Positions 9,125 through 17,866 of a DNA stretch of 64,000 bases are shown one piece after another. The position numbers and the translations under genes are program-made. This stretch comes from Candidatus Xenobia bacterium (GTDB lineage Bacteria; Vulcanimicrobiota; Xenobia; Xenobiales; QWHO01): assembly GCA_045863235.1 (NCBI GenBank), contig BTUM01000003.1, positions 1 to 64,000 of the forward strand, in the 5' to 3' direction. Each line of letters begins with the position of its first letter. Positions within the stretch are counted from its first letter, which is position 1. Below the pieces are notes generated by a model, which saw only the letters and a list, made by a program, of their open reading frames with translations, was not told the DNA's origin and did not search any database.

Positions 9125-10111
9125 ATGCGTCGTCATCCAAATCGCTGGGGCTTCCCCGACATGGGTCTGGGCATGGCGCTGCGCTCCAAGCACTATCCCG
9201 ACATCCTCGAGTCGAACCCTCCGGTGGCCTTCTTCGAAGTGATCGCCGAGAACTACATGGGCAACTTCGGGCGACCCATGTATTTGCTCGAGCAGGTGGC
9301 CGAGCGTTACCCCGTGATGGTGCACGGCGTATCCCTCTCCATCGGCTCCACCGATCCGCTCGACTTCGAGTACCTCGGCCTGCTGCGCAACCTGGCCGAC
9401 CGGCTGAAGGTGCCCTGGGTTTCCGACCACCTGTGCTGGACGGGGGTGCTCGGGCGCAACTCGCATGACCTTTTGCCCGTCCCCCTCACGGAGGAGTCGC
9501 TGCGTCACGTCATTCGGCGCATCCGGGCCGTGCAAGACTTCCTCGAACGTCCTCTGGTCGTGGAGAACCCCTCGAGCTACGTCGAGTTTCTGGCCTCCTC
9601 CATGAGCGAGGCCGAGTTCTTGTGCCGGATGGCCGAGGGGGCCGACTGCGGCCTCTTGCTGGACGTGAACAACGTCTACGTGAGCGCATTCAACCACGGC
9701 TTCGACGCCATGGAGTACCTGCGCGTGCTGCCCGTGGACCGGATCGTGTACCACCACGTGGCCGGCCACACCCACAAGGGCACCCACATTCTGGACACCC
9801 ACTCCGATCACGTGGTGGACCCGGTCTGGGAGCTCTATCGCTTCTGCCACGAGCGCACCGGCGGACGCTCGACGATGGTGGAGTGGGACGAGGACATTCC
9901 CCCATTCGAGGTGGTGTTCGAGGAGGTGCAGAAGGCGGCCGTGCATCGCCGGACAGTGGAGGGCGACGATTTCTCGCTGCCCGAGCGGCCGACCCCCAGC
10001 CTGGCTCCCCGCCGAGAGGACAATCGGGCCCCACACCCGGCCGGACTGGAGTCACCCGAGGCGGGCGATCTCTTCGTGCGCGAGAAGAACGTCGAGTTTG
10101 CCCATGAGTGA
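9125..10111 (+). CDS. DUF692 family multinuclear non-heme iron oxidative enzyme (MNIO)
   Basis: HGVSLSIG, SDHLCWTG, ENPSSY, LLLDVNNVYVS, HVAGH, DTH and EWDEDIP motifs. Confidence 0.93.
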   Translation: MRRHPNRWGFPDMGLGMALRSKHYPDILESNPPVAFFEVIAENYMGNFGRPMYLLEQVAERYPVMVHGVSLSIGSTDPLDFEYLGLLRNLADRLKVPWVSDHLCWTGVLGRNSHDLLPVPLTEESLRHVIRRIRAVQDFLERPLVVENPSSYVEFLASSMSEAEFLCRMAEGADCGLLLDVNNVYVSAFNHGFDAMEYLRVLPVDRIVYHHVAGHTHKGTHILDTHSDHVVDPVWELYRFCHERTGGRSTMVEWDEDIPPFEVVFEEVQKAAVHRRTVEGDDFSLPERPTPSLAPRREDNRAPHPAGLESPEAGDLFVREKNVEFAHE

Positions 10112-10883
10112 GCTGGTCAAGCTCCAACGCCAGATGTTCGCCCACGTGGTGGGCCAGGAAGCGACATTGCGGGCCGAGGAGTTCGTTGCCCCCTCGCCCA
10201 GCATGGACCCCGACGAGCGACTGGACGTCTACCGTCGTATGTACCCCTTGAGAATGCAAGAAGCGATGGGCATGGACTACCCCGCTACCCTCGAGCTCCT
10301 GGGCCGCCGGGCCTTCAATCGGCTGGTGATGGAGTATGTGGCCGTCCATCCCTCCCGCTCATGGACGCTGAACCGGCTGGGCGACCGCTTCGTGGACTAC
10401 CTGTCCACCCGCACCGACCTCAAGCACCATCGCTTCTTGCTCGACCTGGCACGGCTCGAGCAGGCCATCTGCCAGGTGTTCGAAGAGCGCGAGTCGGCCC
10501 CCCTGACCCCGGCCCAGGTGGCCTGTCTGCCCATGGAGGCCTGGGAGAGCACCGGCCTCAAGCCCATCGCCGCCTTCCGATTATTGGCGCTGCGCTATCC
10601 GGCCCACGCCTACCTCAAGTCGGTGTTGGAGGAAGGCTATCCCGCCCCCGCTCTGCGGCGCCAGGACGGCTGGCTGGTCGTCTTTCGCCAGCACTACAGC
10701 GTCTGGCGCATGCCGCTCGAGCGGGCCCAGTACGAGCTCTTGACCAACCTTGCTCAGGGCCTGAGCCTGGCCGAGTCGCTGGGGGACATCGCCGGGCGCT
10801 TCCGTCGGGTAGGAAGCCAGTCGATTTTCCGCTGGTTCCAGAGCTGGGTGACCGAGGGATTCTTTCAGTCGCTGGAGGCTTGA
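10104..10883 (+). CDS. DUF2063 family MNIO partner protein
   Basis: ERLDVYRRMY..R...DYP, HPSRSWTL and DLARLE motifs; overlaps the DUF692 stop. Confidence 0.85.
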   Translation: MSELVKLQRQMFAHVVGQEATLRAEEFVAPSPSMDPDERLDVYRRMYPLRMQEAMGMDYPATLELLGRRAFNRLVMEYVAVHPSRSWTLNRLGDRFVDYLSTRTDLKHHRFLLDLARLEQAICQVFEERESAPLTPAQVACLPMEAWESTGLKPIAAFRLLALRYPAHAYLKSVLEEGYPAPALRRQDGWLVVFRQHYSVWRMPLERAQYELLTNLAQGLSLAESLGDIAGRFRRVGSQSIFRWFQSWVTEGFFQSLEA

Positions 10884-11497
10884 GAGCGCTTCTGCTCGCG
10901 CAGCTTGCGCCAGGTGGCCCGGGGAGCGCGCAGGAAGCTGAGGAACTCCTTGAACCCCAGCCAGAGGCCGAAAAGACCGGTGGAGAAGCCGTAAGCCAGT
11001 ATCAACAAGACCCCGGCGTGGATCACCAGGCATTGCAGGGCGAAGCCGTCCTGGTTGTAGAGGCGACGCACCCCGATCTCCAATCCCAGAGCCATCAGAG
11101 TATCCAGCGCGTAGAGGGCCATCCCGGCCATGTAGAAGACCCGCGAGAGGAGTTGCGGCAGCACCCCCAGGAAGGCGAACCAGCGGTGCACGAAGGAGCT
11201 GAGCCAGGCGAAGCAGCCCAGCGCAAAGATGACTCCCGCGATGATCAAGTTGGCTTTGAAGGCGCGCGGCTCCCAGCCCCCGCCGAAGATCCCCCCGGCG
11301 TGATCCATGGCCCGGGCGCTCCAGTCGAGGATGTAGTTGATGGCCAGCCCGTAGGCCGGCGGCTGGGTACCGCCGGGGCTGGTATGTAGATGTACGGCGT
11401 AGGCGGCCGAGAGCAGGGCGACCAGGATGTAGGCCAGCCCCCCGGTGCGAAAACGTCGTTCCATGCGATCTTGGGCGGTCGGCTGCTCGGTATCCAT
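10865..11497 (-). CDS. Hypothetical integral membrane protein
   Basis: 210 aa with about 4 hydrophobic helices. Confidence 0.6.
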   Translation of the reverse strand: MDTEQPTAQDRMERRFRTGGLAYILVALLSAAYAVHLHTSPGGTQPPAYGLAINYILDWSARAMDHAGGIFGGGWEPRAFKANLIIAGVIFALGCFAWLSSFVHRWFAFLGVLPQLLSRVFYMAGMALYALDTLMALGLEIGVRRLYNQDGFALQCLVIHAGVLLILAYGFSTGLFGLWLGFKEFLSFLRAPRATWRKLREQKRSQASSD

Positions 11498-11635
11498 GGG
11501 AAGCAGTTTCTACCGCCACCCCGCTCCACCCTGCGAATCGGGTTGTTACCTGGGGAAGCATTTTGCTAACATGGGCAACAAGATGTTCATCTCTCCAGAC
11601 GGGTCGGGGCGCCTCTGGTGGGCTACACTCTAGCC

Positions 11636-12487
11636 ATGGACCACTTCTTCAATCCGGCCAACCCGATCGCCGGAATGACCGGCATCTCGACCACTACCAC
11701 GACCACGACGGCCCTGTTTCTGGGCGATCCGGGAACGCTGGGAGCTGCCGCCGGACGCCTGGGGCCGGGAATGCCCGGAATGCCCGGAATGCCCGGAATG
11801 CCCGGAATGCCGATGGGTGGAGTGGACCCCACGATGATGGCCATGATCGCGCAACAGCAGCAGATGACCAATACGCTGCTCTACATGATCGGCATGTTGA
11901 TGGGATTGATGATGGGTCAGCAGGGCGCGGGGGGGAGCAACCCGCTGGCCAGCCTTCTGGGTGGAGGCAGTCCGCTGGGTAGCTCGGGCGGCACAGGGGG
12001 CGGAGCGATCGGTAGCCCGGGCGGAACGGGCGGCGGCAGTAGCAGCGTGGGCGGCGGCGTGGGCCCGGACGTGCCCACCAACGCGCCGACCGAGAAGGTG
12101 GGCCGCTTCATCGACATCGCCAAGGCCCAGCAGGGCGACCCCTACGTCTTCGGGGCCACGGGGCCGGACAAGTTCGACTGCTCGGGACTTGTCTACTACG
12201 CCCTCAAGCAGGCCGGGGTCAACCAGCCACGCATGACAGCCGATGGCTACATGCAGCATTACAAGAATTCGCGGGTGGATCGGGCCAACCTCAAGCCGGG
12301 CGACCTGATCTTCTTCTACTCGCCCAACTCGCGCGGCATCCCCCCCGGGCGCGCCACCCACGTCGAGATCTACCTGGGTAACGGGATGTCCATGGGGACC
12401 GACAACCCCTCCGAGGGGGCTCGCATCGAGCCGGTCAACTGGGATACCTTCATCGGGGGCGCCCGCGTGCCTGAGCTGTACCGTTAA
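11636..12487 (+). CDS. NlpC/P60 (C40) peptidoglycan peptidase with Met/Gly-rich low-complexity N-terminus
   Basis: YVFGATGPDKFDCSGLV, LKPGDLIFF, HVEIYLG. TACACT just upstream of the ATG; start uncertain. Confidence 0.85.
   Translation: MDHFFNPANPIAGMTGISTTTTTTTALFLGDPGTLGAAAGRLGPGMPGMPGMPGMPGMPMGGVDPTMMAMIAQQQQMTNTLLYMIGMLMGLMMGQQGAGGSNPLASLLGGGSPLGSSGGTGGGAIGSPGGTGGGSSSVGGGVGPDVPTNAPTEKVGRFIDIAKAQQGDPYVFGATGPDKFDCSGLVYYALKQAGVNQPRMTADGYMQHYKNSRVDRANLKPGDLIFFYSPNSRGIPPGRATHVEIYLGNGMSMGTDNPSEGARIEPVNWDTFIGGARVPELYR
11768..11812 (+). repeat. Tandem 9-bp repeat (ggaatgccc) x5 encoding (GMP)5
   Basis: Directly visible in sequence. Confidence 0.9.
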
Positions 12488-12543
12488 GCTTTCTTTCATC
12501 GCCCCGGTCTATCGTGCATGAAAACCAGGAAACGAGGGATCCC

Positions 12544-12831
12544 ATGCGCGTCGAGACACTCGCCTTCACTCCCCCAGGCCAGGCCACTTTCCGCAGCGTG
12601 GCCAGCTCTTCTCCCCAGCCCGACCCGCGCGAGGTGGTCAGCCTGAGTGGTCAGTCCGACAAGAAGAAGATCGGCAACGCGATGGCCTGGACCGGTTTCG
12701 GCATCCAGTGCGTGGGGGCGGCCATCACCCTGAAAGCCTCCCTGGCTGGCTCGAGCAGTTGGGTCGGAGTGGGTATCTTCGCTGCCGGCGCGGCACTGCT
12801 GCTGGCCGGCGAGATGATGAAGCGCCGCTGA
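12544..12831 (+). CDS. Small hypothetical protein with two C-terminal TM helices
   Basis: GAGG RBS before ATG; two hydrophobic segments. Confidence 0.55.
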   Translation: MRVETLAFTPPGQATFRSVASSSPQPDPREVVSLSGQSDKKKIGNAMAWTGFGIQCVGAAITLKASLAGSSSWVGVGIFAAGAALLLAGEMMKRR

Positions 12832-12849
12832 ACTCGATCGCACCGTTGC

Positions 12850-13194
12850 TCAAGGATAAAGTATCCTGGTGGCGTGGCGTAGTTCGCTGACGATATCCTT
12901 CATGGTCACCACCTGCCCGATGATCAGCTCCTCGCGCAGGCCGAAGTAATCCAGGCAGGTCTGGCAGACCAGCACCCGCACCCCCAGCCCCTCCAGGAGG
13001 TTGAGGCCAAGCCGCACGGGCGAGCCCTCGCAGGCCAGCTTCACCCCGTCGGTGTAAAGGCAGATGACTTCGGGGCGGAGCTCTTCTGGCTCCATCGTGT
13101 GCAGGAACTTGTCCAGCATCTCGGCGCCAAAGGCACTGTGCTCGGACGCAAGCGATCCGATCCCGGTTTTGGTCAGTACGACAACGGTGCTCAT
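12850..13194 (-). CDS. DsrE/YedF-like sulfurtransferase family protein
   Basis: ICLYTDGVKLACEGS and VCQTCLDYFGL motifs. Confidence 0.8.
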   Translation of the reverse strand: MSTVVVLTKTGIGSLASEHSAFGAEMLDKFLHTMEPEELRPEVICLYTDGVKLACEGSPVRLGLNLLEGLGVRVLVCQTCLDYFGLREELIIGQVVTMKDIVSELRHATRILYP

Positions 13195-13248
13195 CCCTGG
13201 GCATTCCCGGCGGGAGGTCGGTCGCCTGCTCAGGGGGAAGCACACCAG

Positions 13249-14346
13249 ATGCTGACCAGATTCCAGCGAACCAAAGTGGTACAGCTCTTTCGCTTGCTCG
13301 ACCTGACCCGCGACGGACACATCGAGTATGCCGACTTCGTGGTCCACGCCGAGAACGTGCGCCAGCTGGCCGGTTGGTCGGAAGACCACGGACACGCCCA
13401 CCGGCTGCTGACCTCCAGACGGGCTCTCTGGCGCAAGATGCACGATGCGATGGACACCAATCGAGACGGAGAGATCTCGCTGGACGAGTGGCTGGCCTTC
13501 TTCTCTATGCTGAACCTGCAAGCCAAGAGTGGCCCTCTGCCCATGTGGATGGAGGAGATGGCCCGGCTCTTCTTCCACACCCTCGACCTGGATGACGATC
13601 AGCGGATCAGCGAGGACGAGTATGCCTTCTACCTCAAGTCCATCGGAGCCGAGACGGCCCAGGACCTGTTCCGCTCGGCCCTGCGCGAGGGACGCAAGGC
13701 CCTGACGCTGGAGGATTTCCAGCGAGTGGTGGCTTCCTGGCTCCTCAATCAAGATCCCAACGCTCCCGTCAACTATGTCCTGACGGGTCGCTTCCCGTTC
13801 GCACCCTCCGACCTGGTGGAGTATCCGCCGCCCAGCCAGGAGTCCCAGGAGCCTGCCTGGGAAGAGGTCAATCGGCCGATCGCCGTGCCCGTCTCCCCCA
13901 CCTGGGAGAGCGTGGCCGGCTCGATCCGCGAGGCCGCTGCCGAGGTGGAGGCGATGCGATCGGGGAAACGGCCGGCCGTAAAGAGCTCCGGCGAGGAGAG
14001 TGCGGTGGAAGCTTCCGCCGAGACCGGCGCGACGTCCGCCGAGCAGCCGGAGGCTCCCGTGGAAACCGCTGAGAGGTCGAGAGCCCCCGTAGAAGCCTCC
14101 ACCGAGACGTCCGTAGAGCCCTCCGTGGAAGCCTCCACCGAGACCGGGGAAGCCTCCGCCGAGCGCTCCGTGGAAACCTCCGCCGAGACATCCGTGGAAG
14201 CCTCCAAGGAGGGTGCCCCCAAAGCACCCCGCAAGACCGCCACCCGCAAGAGTCCGGCCAAGAAGACCGACTCGAAGACCGACTCCAAGAAGTCCCCTCC
14301 CAAGTCCAGCGAGGGGCCCAAGAAGAAGGGCAAAGGCAAGAGCTAG
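13249..14346 (+). CDS. Calerythrin-like EF-hand calcium-binding protein with acidic repeat and Lys-rich tail
   Basis: DLTRDGHIEYAD, DTNRDGEISLDE and DLDDDQRISEDE EF-hands. Confidence 0.85.
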   Translation: MLTRFQRTKVVQLFRLLDLTRDGHIEYADFVVHAENVRQLAGWSEDHGHAHRLLTSRRALWRKMHDAMDTNRDGEISLDEWLAFFSMLNLQAKSGPLPMWMEEMARLFFHTLDLDDDQRISEDEYAFYLKSIGAETAQDLFRSALREGRKALTLEDFQRVVASWLLNQDPNAPVNYVLTGRFPFAPSDLVEYPPPSQESQEPAWEEVNRPIAVPVSPTWESVAGSIREAAAEVEAMRSGKRPAVKSSGEESAVEASAETGATSAEQPEAPVETAERSRAPVEASTETSVEPSVEASTETGEASAERSVETSAETSVEASKEGAPKAPRKTATRKSPAKKTDSKTDSKKSPPKSSEGPKKKGKGKS

Positions 14347-14354
14347 CTCCCCCT

Positions 14355-15173
14355 ATGCGAGTTCAGATCATGACCGACATGGAGGGGGTCAGCGGCATCG
14401 TCGTGTGGGCCCAGGTAAACGGTGGCGAGGCCATGTACGAGGAAGGCCGCCGACTCTACACCGAGGAGATCAACGCCGCCGTGCAGGGCGCCCTGGAGGG
14501 CGGGGCCACCGAGGTCGTGGTGGTCGACTGCCACGGGGCGGGCGGGCCGTGGATGTTCAACTCGCTCATTCCCGAGATGCTCCACCCCGAGTGCACCTGG
14601 GTGGCCCACCACCCCTGGTCTCGCTACACCGAGATGCTCGAGCAGGGCTGCGACGCCTGCCTGTTGGTGGGCATGCACGCCCGCGCCAACACCTTCGACG
14701 GAGTGATGTGCCACACTGTCTCCACCACCAGTTGGAAAACGCTGCGCTTCAACGACCAGGAGGTGGGCGAGGTGGGCATCAACGCCGCCCTGTGCGGGCA
14801 CTACGGCTGCCCCGTGCTGCTGGTGACGGGGGACGAGGCCACCTGCCGCGAGTCCACCGAGTTGCTCGGGCCTGGCCTGACCACGGTGGCGGTCAAGCGC
14901 GGGCTGACCCGCTACTCGGCCCGCCAGATCCCGCCCCGGCGGGCGCGCTGGATGATCCAGGAGGGGGCCCGCAAAGCCCTGAGCAACCTCAAAGCGGTCG
15001 AGCCTTACGTTCCCGAGAAGCCCACCCGCATCGCCATCGAGCTCGGCTCCATCGACCACGCCCAGCGCTTCATGGGACTGTCCCGCAACGTCACCATCAA
15101 CGGCCTCGAGGTGCTGAGCCAGGGACCCGACTGGATGACCGCCTGGGACCAGGTCTGGAACTGGGTGGTCTAG
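14355..15173 (+). CDS. dppA: M55 family D-aminopeptidase (DppA-like)
   Basis: DMEGVSG, DCHG, GMHA and HT motifs. Confidence 0.9.
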   Translation: MRVQIMTDMEGVSGIVVWAQVNGGEAMYEEGRRLYTEEINAAVQGALEGGATEVVVVDCHGAGGPWMFNSLIPEMLHPECTWVAHHPWSRYTEMLEQGCDACLLVGMHARANTFDGVMCHTVSTTSWKTLRFNDQEVGEVGINAALCGHYGCPVLLVTGDEATCRESTELLGPGLTTVAVKRGLTRYSARQIPPRRARWMIQEGARKALSNLKAVEPYVPEKPTRIAIELGSIDHAQRFMGLSRNVTINGLEVLSQGPDWMTAWDQVWNWVV

Positions 15174-15191
15174 CAGGATATGTTCACTCTG

Positions 15192-15680
15192 CTAGGTGCG
15201 GGGCCGTGAGCCGGGCGACCTGGGCTTCTGGCGCATCTCGCGCCGAGTGATGCGCACCTGGCCCTCGGCCCCGGCCAGCCCCCAGCGACTGGCCAGCGAG
15301 CTCACGCCCAGAGTCAGGGCCAGCCCGGTGATTGCCAGCAAAAGCCAGTTGGTGCCCTGAGGCGGGGGAGGGGCTTTGGGGGCAGCCATGGCCACCGGCT
15401 CGGGGGCGACCTCGCGCCGCCCGATGAACAGGGTGGGGGCCCTGGCCAGGGGATCGAGCTCGGCCCCGGCGGGCGGGATCTGGCGGACGACCGTTCCCTC
15501 CGAGCCCGCGGTGTAGGCCACCGTGGGCGCGGCCAGGCGGGCTTCCTGCAAGCGTAAGAGAGCCTGCTCGAGCTTCAGGCCGGTGACGGCGGGCATCCTG
15601 GGAGGCTCCACCTTCTCGGGCTTGCTGGGCTGGGGCCAGGTTGCCAGCGTCAGCAACAATACCAGTGCCAGAGCCCTCAT
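15192..15680 (-). CDS. PASTA-domain membrane protein
   Basis: MPAVTGLKLEQA...GTVVRQIPPAG; signal peptide and C-terminal TM. Confidence 0.7.
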   Translation of the reverse strand: MRALALVLLLTLATWPQPSKPEKVEPPRMPAVTGLKLEQALLRLQEARLAAPTVAYTAGSEGTVVRQIPPAGAELDPLARAPTLFIGRREVAPEPVAMAAPKAPPPPQGTNWLLLAITGLALTLGVSSLASRWGLAGAEGQVRITRREMRQKPRSPGSRPRT

Positions 15681-16891
15681 AGCTTGCTCACCATGTGCGA
15701 CAGAGGCAGCATGAAGGCGATCACCATACCCCCCACCAGCACTCCCATCACCACCATGATGACGGGCTCGATCAGGCTGGTGGCCGTCTCCAGGGTCAGG
15801 TCCAGCTCTTCGGAGTAGATCCGCTGCACGTAGTCGAGCATGGAGTCGAGCCGCGAGGACTCCTCCCCCACCTCGATCATCTGCCGGAACAAGCCTTTGA
15901 AGTATTCCTCGAACTCCAGCGACTCGGCCAGGGTCTCGCCTTCCTCGAGCCGCTCCCGGGCGGCTTGAATGCTGTCGGCGATGATCCGGTTGCCGACCGA
16001 GGCGCTCAGCAGGCTCATGGCCGCCGAGAGCGGCATGCCCGAGCGCACCACCAGCGACATCGCAAAGGAGAAGCGCGACAGAGCCAGGGCCAGAAAGACG
16101 CGGTTGAGCACGGGAATGCGCAACAGAAGCCGATCGAGCTCCCGCCGCCCGCGGGGGGTCTGAATCCAGAGGAAGGTCGTCACCAGCATGGCCATCAGCA
16201 GCATCAGAATGATCCCCACCGCGGTGCCATTGGAGAGGAGCCGTCCGGCCGACAGCATCAGCTTGACGCCCAGAGGTACCTCCGTGCCCAGGGCCCCCAG
16301 CACCTCGGCCATGCGAGGCAAGAAGACCAGCAGCATGCCCAGCAGCAAGGCCAGCGAGGTGCAGGCCAGAAACGCCGGATAGACCAGCGCCGACTGCACC
16401 CGGCGCAAGCGATCATAATCTTTCTCGAGCAGGGTGGCGGCCCGGTCGAGCACGTCCTGAAACGAGCCTGTTTGCTCGCCCACAGCCACCATCCCCACCA
16501 GGAAGGGGGGAAAGATGGCCGGGTGGCGGCGCAGCATTTCCGAGAACATGTTGCCCTCTTGGAGGCCCTGGTCGATCTCGAAAAGGGCCTTGCGCAGCCG
16601 GGGGACCTGGTTGGATTCGGCCAGCGTGCGCACGGCGCGAGAGAGCTCCATTCCTGAGGTAAACAGCAGGTGGAGCTGTCGGAAGAACTGGGCTCGCTCC
16701 AGCCCGCTGACCGGGAACCAGCGGTCGATATGGGTATTGACGGTGGCGGGCAGATCCACCCGGATGCGCTCGAGCTCGAGGTCGGGGTCGATGCGACGCA
16801 ACCTCTTCAAGGCACGCGCCGCATTGAGGGCCACCACCTCGCCCTCCATGAAGCCGTTGCCAGAAGTCGCCCGGAAACGGTAAACCAGCAT
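15677..16891 (-). CDS. Type II secretion system F / PilC family platform protein
   Basis: FFRQL..L..SG, VGEQTG, ALVYP, VGEES, LIEP; two T2SSF domains. Confidence 0.92.
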   Translation of the reverse strand: MLVYRFRATSGNGFMEGEVVALNAARALKRLRRIDPDLELERIRVDLPATVNTHIDRWFPVSGLERAQFFRQLHLLFTSGMELSRAVRTLAESNQVPRLRKALFEIDQGLQEGNMFSEMLRRHPAIFPPFLVGMVAVGEQTGSFQDVLDRAATLLEKDYDRLRRVQSALVYPAFLACTSLALLLGMLLVFLPRMAEVLGALGTEVPLGVKLMLSAGRLLSNGTAVGIILMLLMAMLVTTFLWIQTPRGRRELDRLLLRIPVLNRVFLALALSRFSFAMSLVVRSGMPLSAAMSLLSASVGNRIIADSIQAARERLEEGETLAESLEFEEYFKGLFRQMIEVGEESSRLDSMLDYVQRIYSEELDLTLETATSLIEPVIMVVMGVLVGGMVIAFMLPLSHMVSKL

Positions 16892-17466
16892 CAGGGCACC
16901 TGCGCGTTGGGCAGGACCAGCTGAAAGCGGCGCGTCCAGTTGCCCGATGTGAAGCGTCCCGCAGTTCCGGTCACCGTGACCTCCAGCAGGGGGGAGGTCA
17001 CCCGAAAGGTCACGGTGCCGCCGGGGCCCAGGTTCCAGATGGCCCGCCGGACATCCGGCGAGCCCACCGCGCGCTCCACCACCCAGACCCCGTCGGCGCG
17101 GGCCTGGGTGGTGATCTCGAGCTTGACCGACTCGTCATAAGCCATCATCTCGTCGGTGCCCAGGCGGTTGAGCTTGCCATAGGGTGTGTTGGCGGTATCG
17201 TTGGCGTAAAACTCGATCCGGGTGGCCTGCACGTCCAGAATCTGGGCCGTCTTGAGGCGCATGTTGAGATGGTGGCGCAAAACCACGCCCCGCTGGAGGT
17301 TGTCCTGCTTTTGATCGAGCCGGGCCGAGCGACCGAGCAGCGGCACCAGCATGTCGAACAGGATGGCCGAGATCAAGAGCAGGAGACTGGCCGCAATCAG
17401 GATCTCGGGCAGGCTCATGCCCCTTCTGGAGGTGCAAACGCGGTACGCCCTCTTAGCGGACAACAT
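16891..17466 (-). CDS. Prepilin-type N-terminal cleavage/methylation protein (pseudopilin)
   Basis: RRGMSLPEILIA class III signal; start may be 17481. Confidence 0.8.
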   Translation of the reverse strand: MLSAKRAYRVCTSRRGMSLPEILIAASLLLLISAILFDMLVPLLGRSARLDQKQDNLQRGVVLRHHLNMRLKTAQILDVQATRIEFYANDTANTPYGKLNRLGTDEMMAYDESVKLEITTQARADGVWVVERAVGSPDVRRAIWNLGPGGTVTFRVTSPLLEVTVTGTAGRFTSGNWTRRFQLVLPNAQVP

Positions 17467-17866
17467 GGAAGACCGTCTCATAGCGCCTGGTGATCTCCTC
17501 GTTCTGAGGAGTTTTGTCCTTGAAGTCGAGCCGCAGGCGCACGCGCTTCATCTCCAGATACCGGGTGGTATCCAGAGGGTTTCGGATGCGACCAAAGTCA
17601 TCCACGTGGTAGACGTAGCTATCGAAGCTCAGGTTGGAGTAACTCACCGGAGCGTCCGGTGGGTTGCTGCTCGGCCAGTCGTCGCGGATGCGAATCTCCC
17701 ATGCGTCGCGCACGGTATCCAGCACGCCCACGGCGTCCTGATTGACGTCCGCCTTGCGCGTGCCGGCCAGAACGGCGGTGTAGATCACCAGCAAGGAGCC
17801 CGCCAGCAAGGCCAGCAGAGCCAGGCTCACCAGCGTCTCGAGCAGGGTCAGGCCGCGCCCTTTCAC
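17453..17866 (-). CDS. Prepilin-type pseudopilin (PilV/GspI-like)
   Basis: GRGLTLLETLVSLAL class III signal. Confidence 0.85.
   Translation of the reverse strand: MKGRGLTLLETLVSLALLALLAGSLLVIYTAVLAGTRKADVNQDAVGVLDTVRDAWEIRIRDDWPSSNPPDAPVSYSNLSFDSYVYHVDDFGRIRNPLDTTRYLEMKRVRLRLDFKDKTPQNEEITRRYETVFHVVR

Noticed and set aside
746..9468. Long opposite-strand ORFs (e.g. 746-2785 +, 6511-9468 +; similarly 17926-20001 +)
   Set aside because: Antisense shadows of motif-bearing genes, expected at high GC; no motifs of their own.
14000..14210. Repeated gtggaagcctcc units as a CRISPR array
   Set aside because: Degenerate in-frame coding repeats with no spacer structure and no cas genes.
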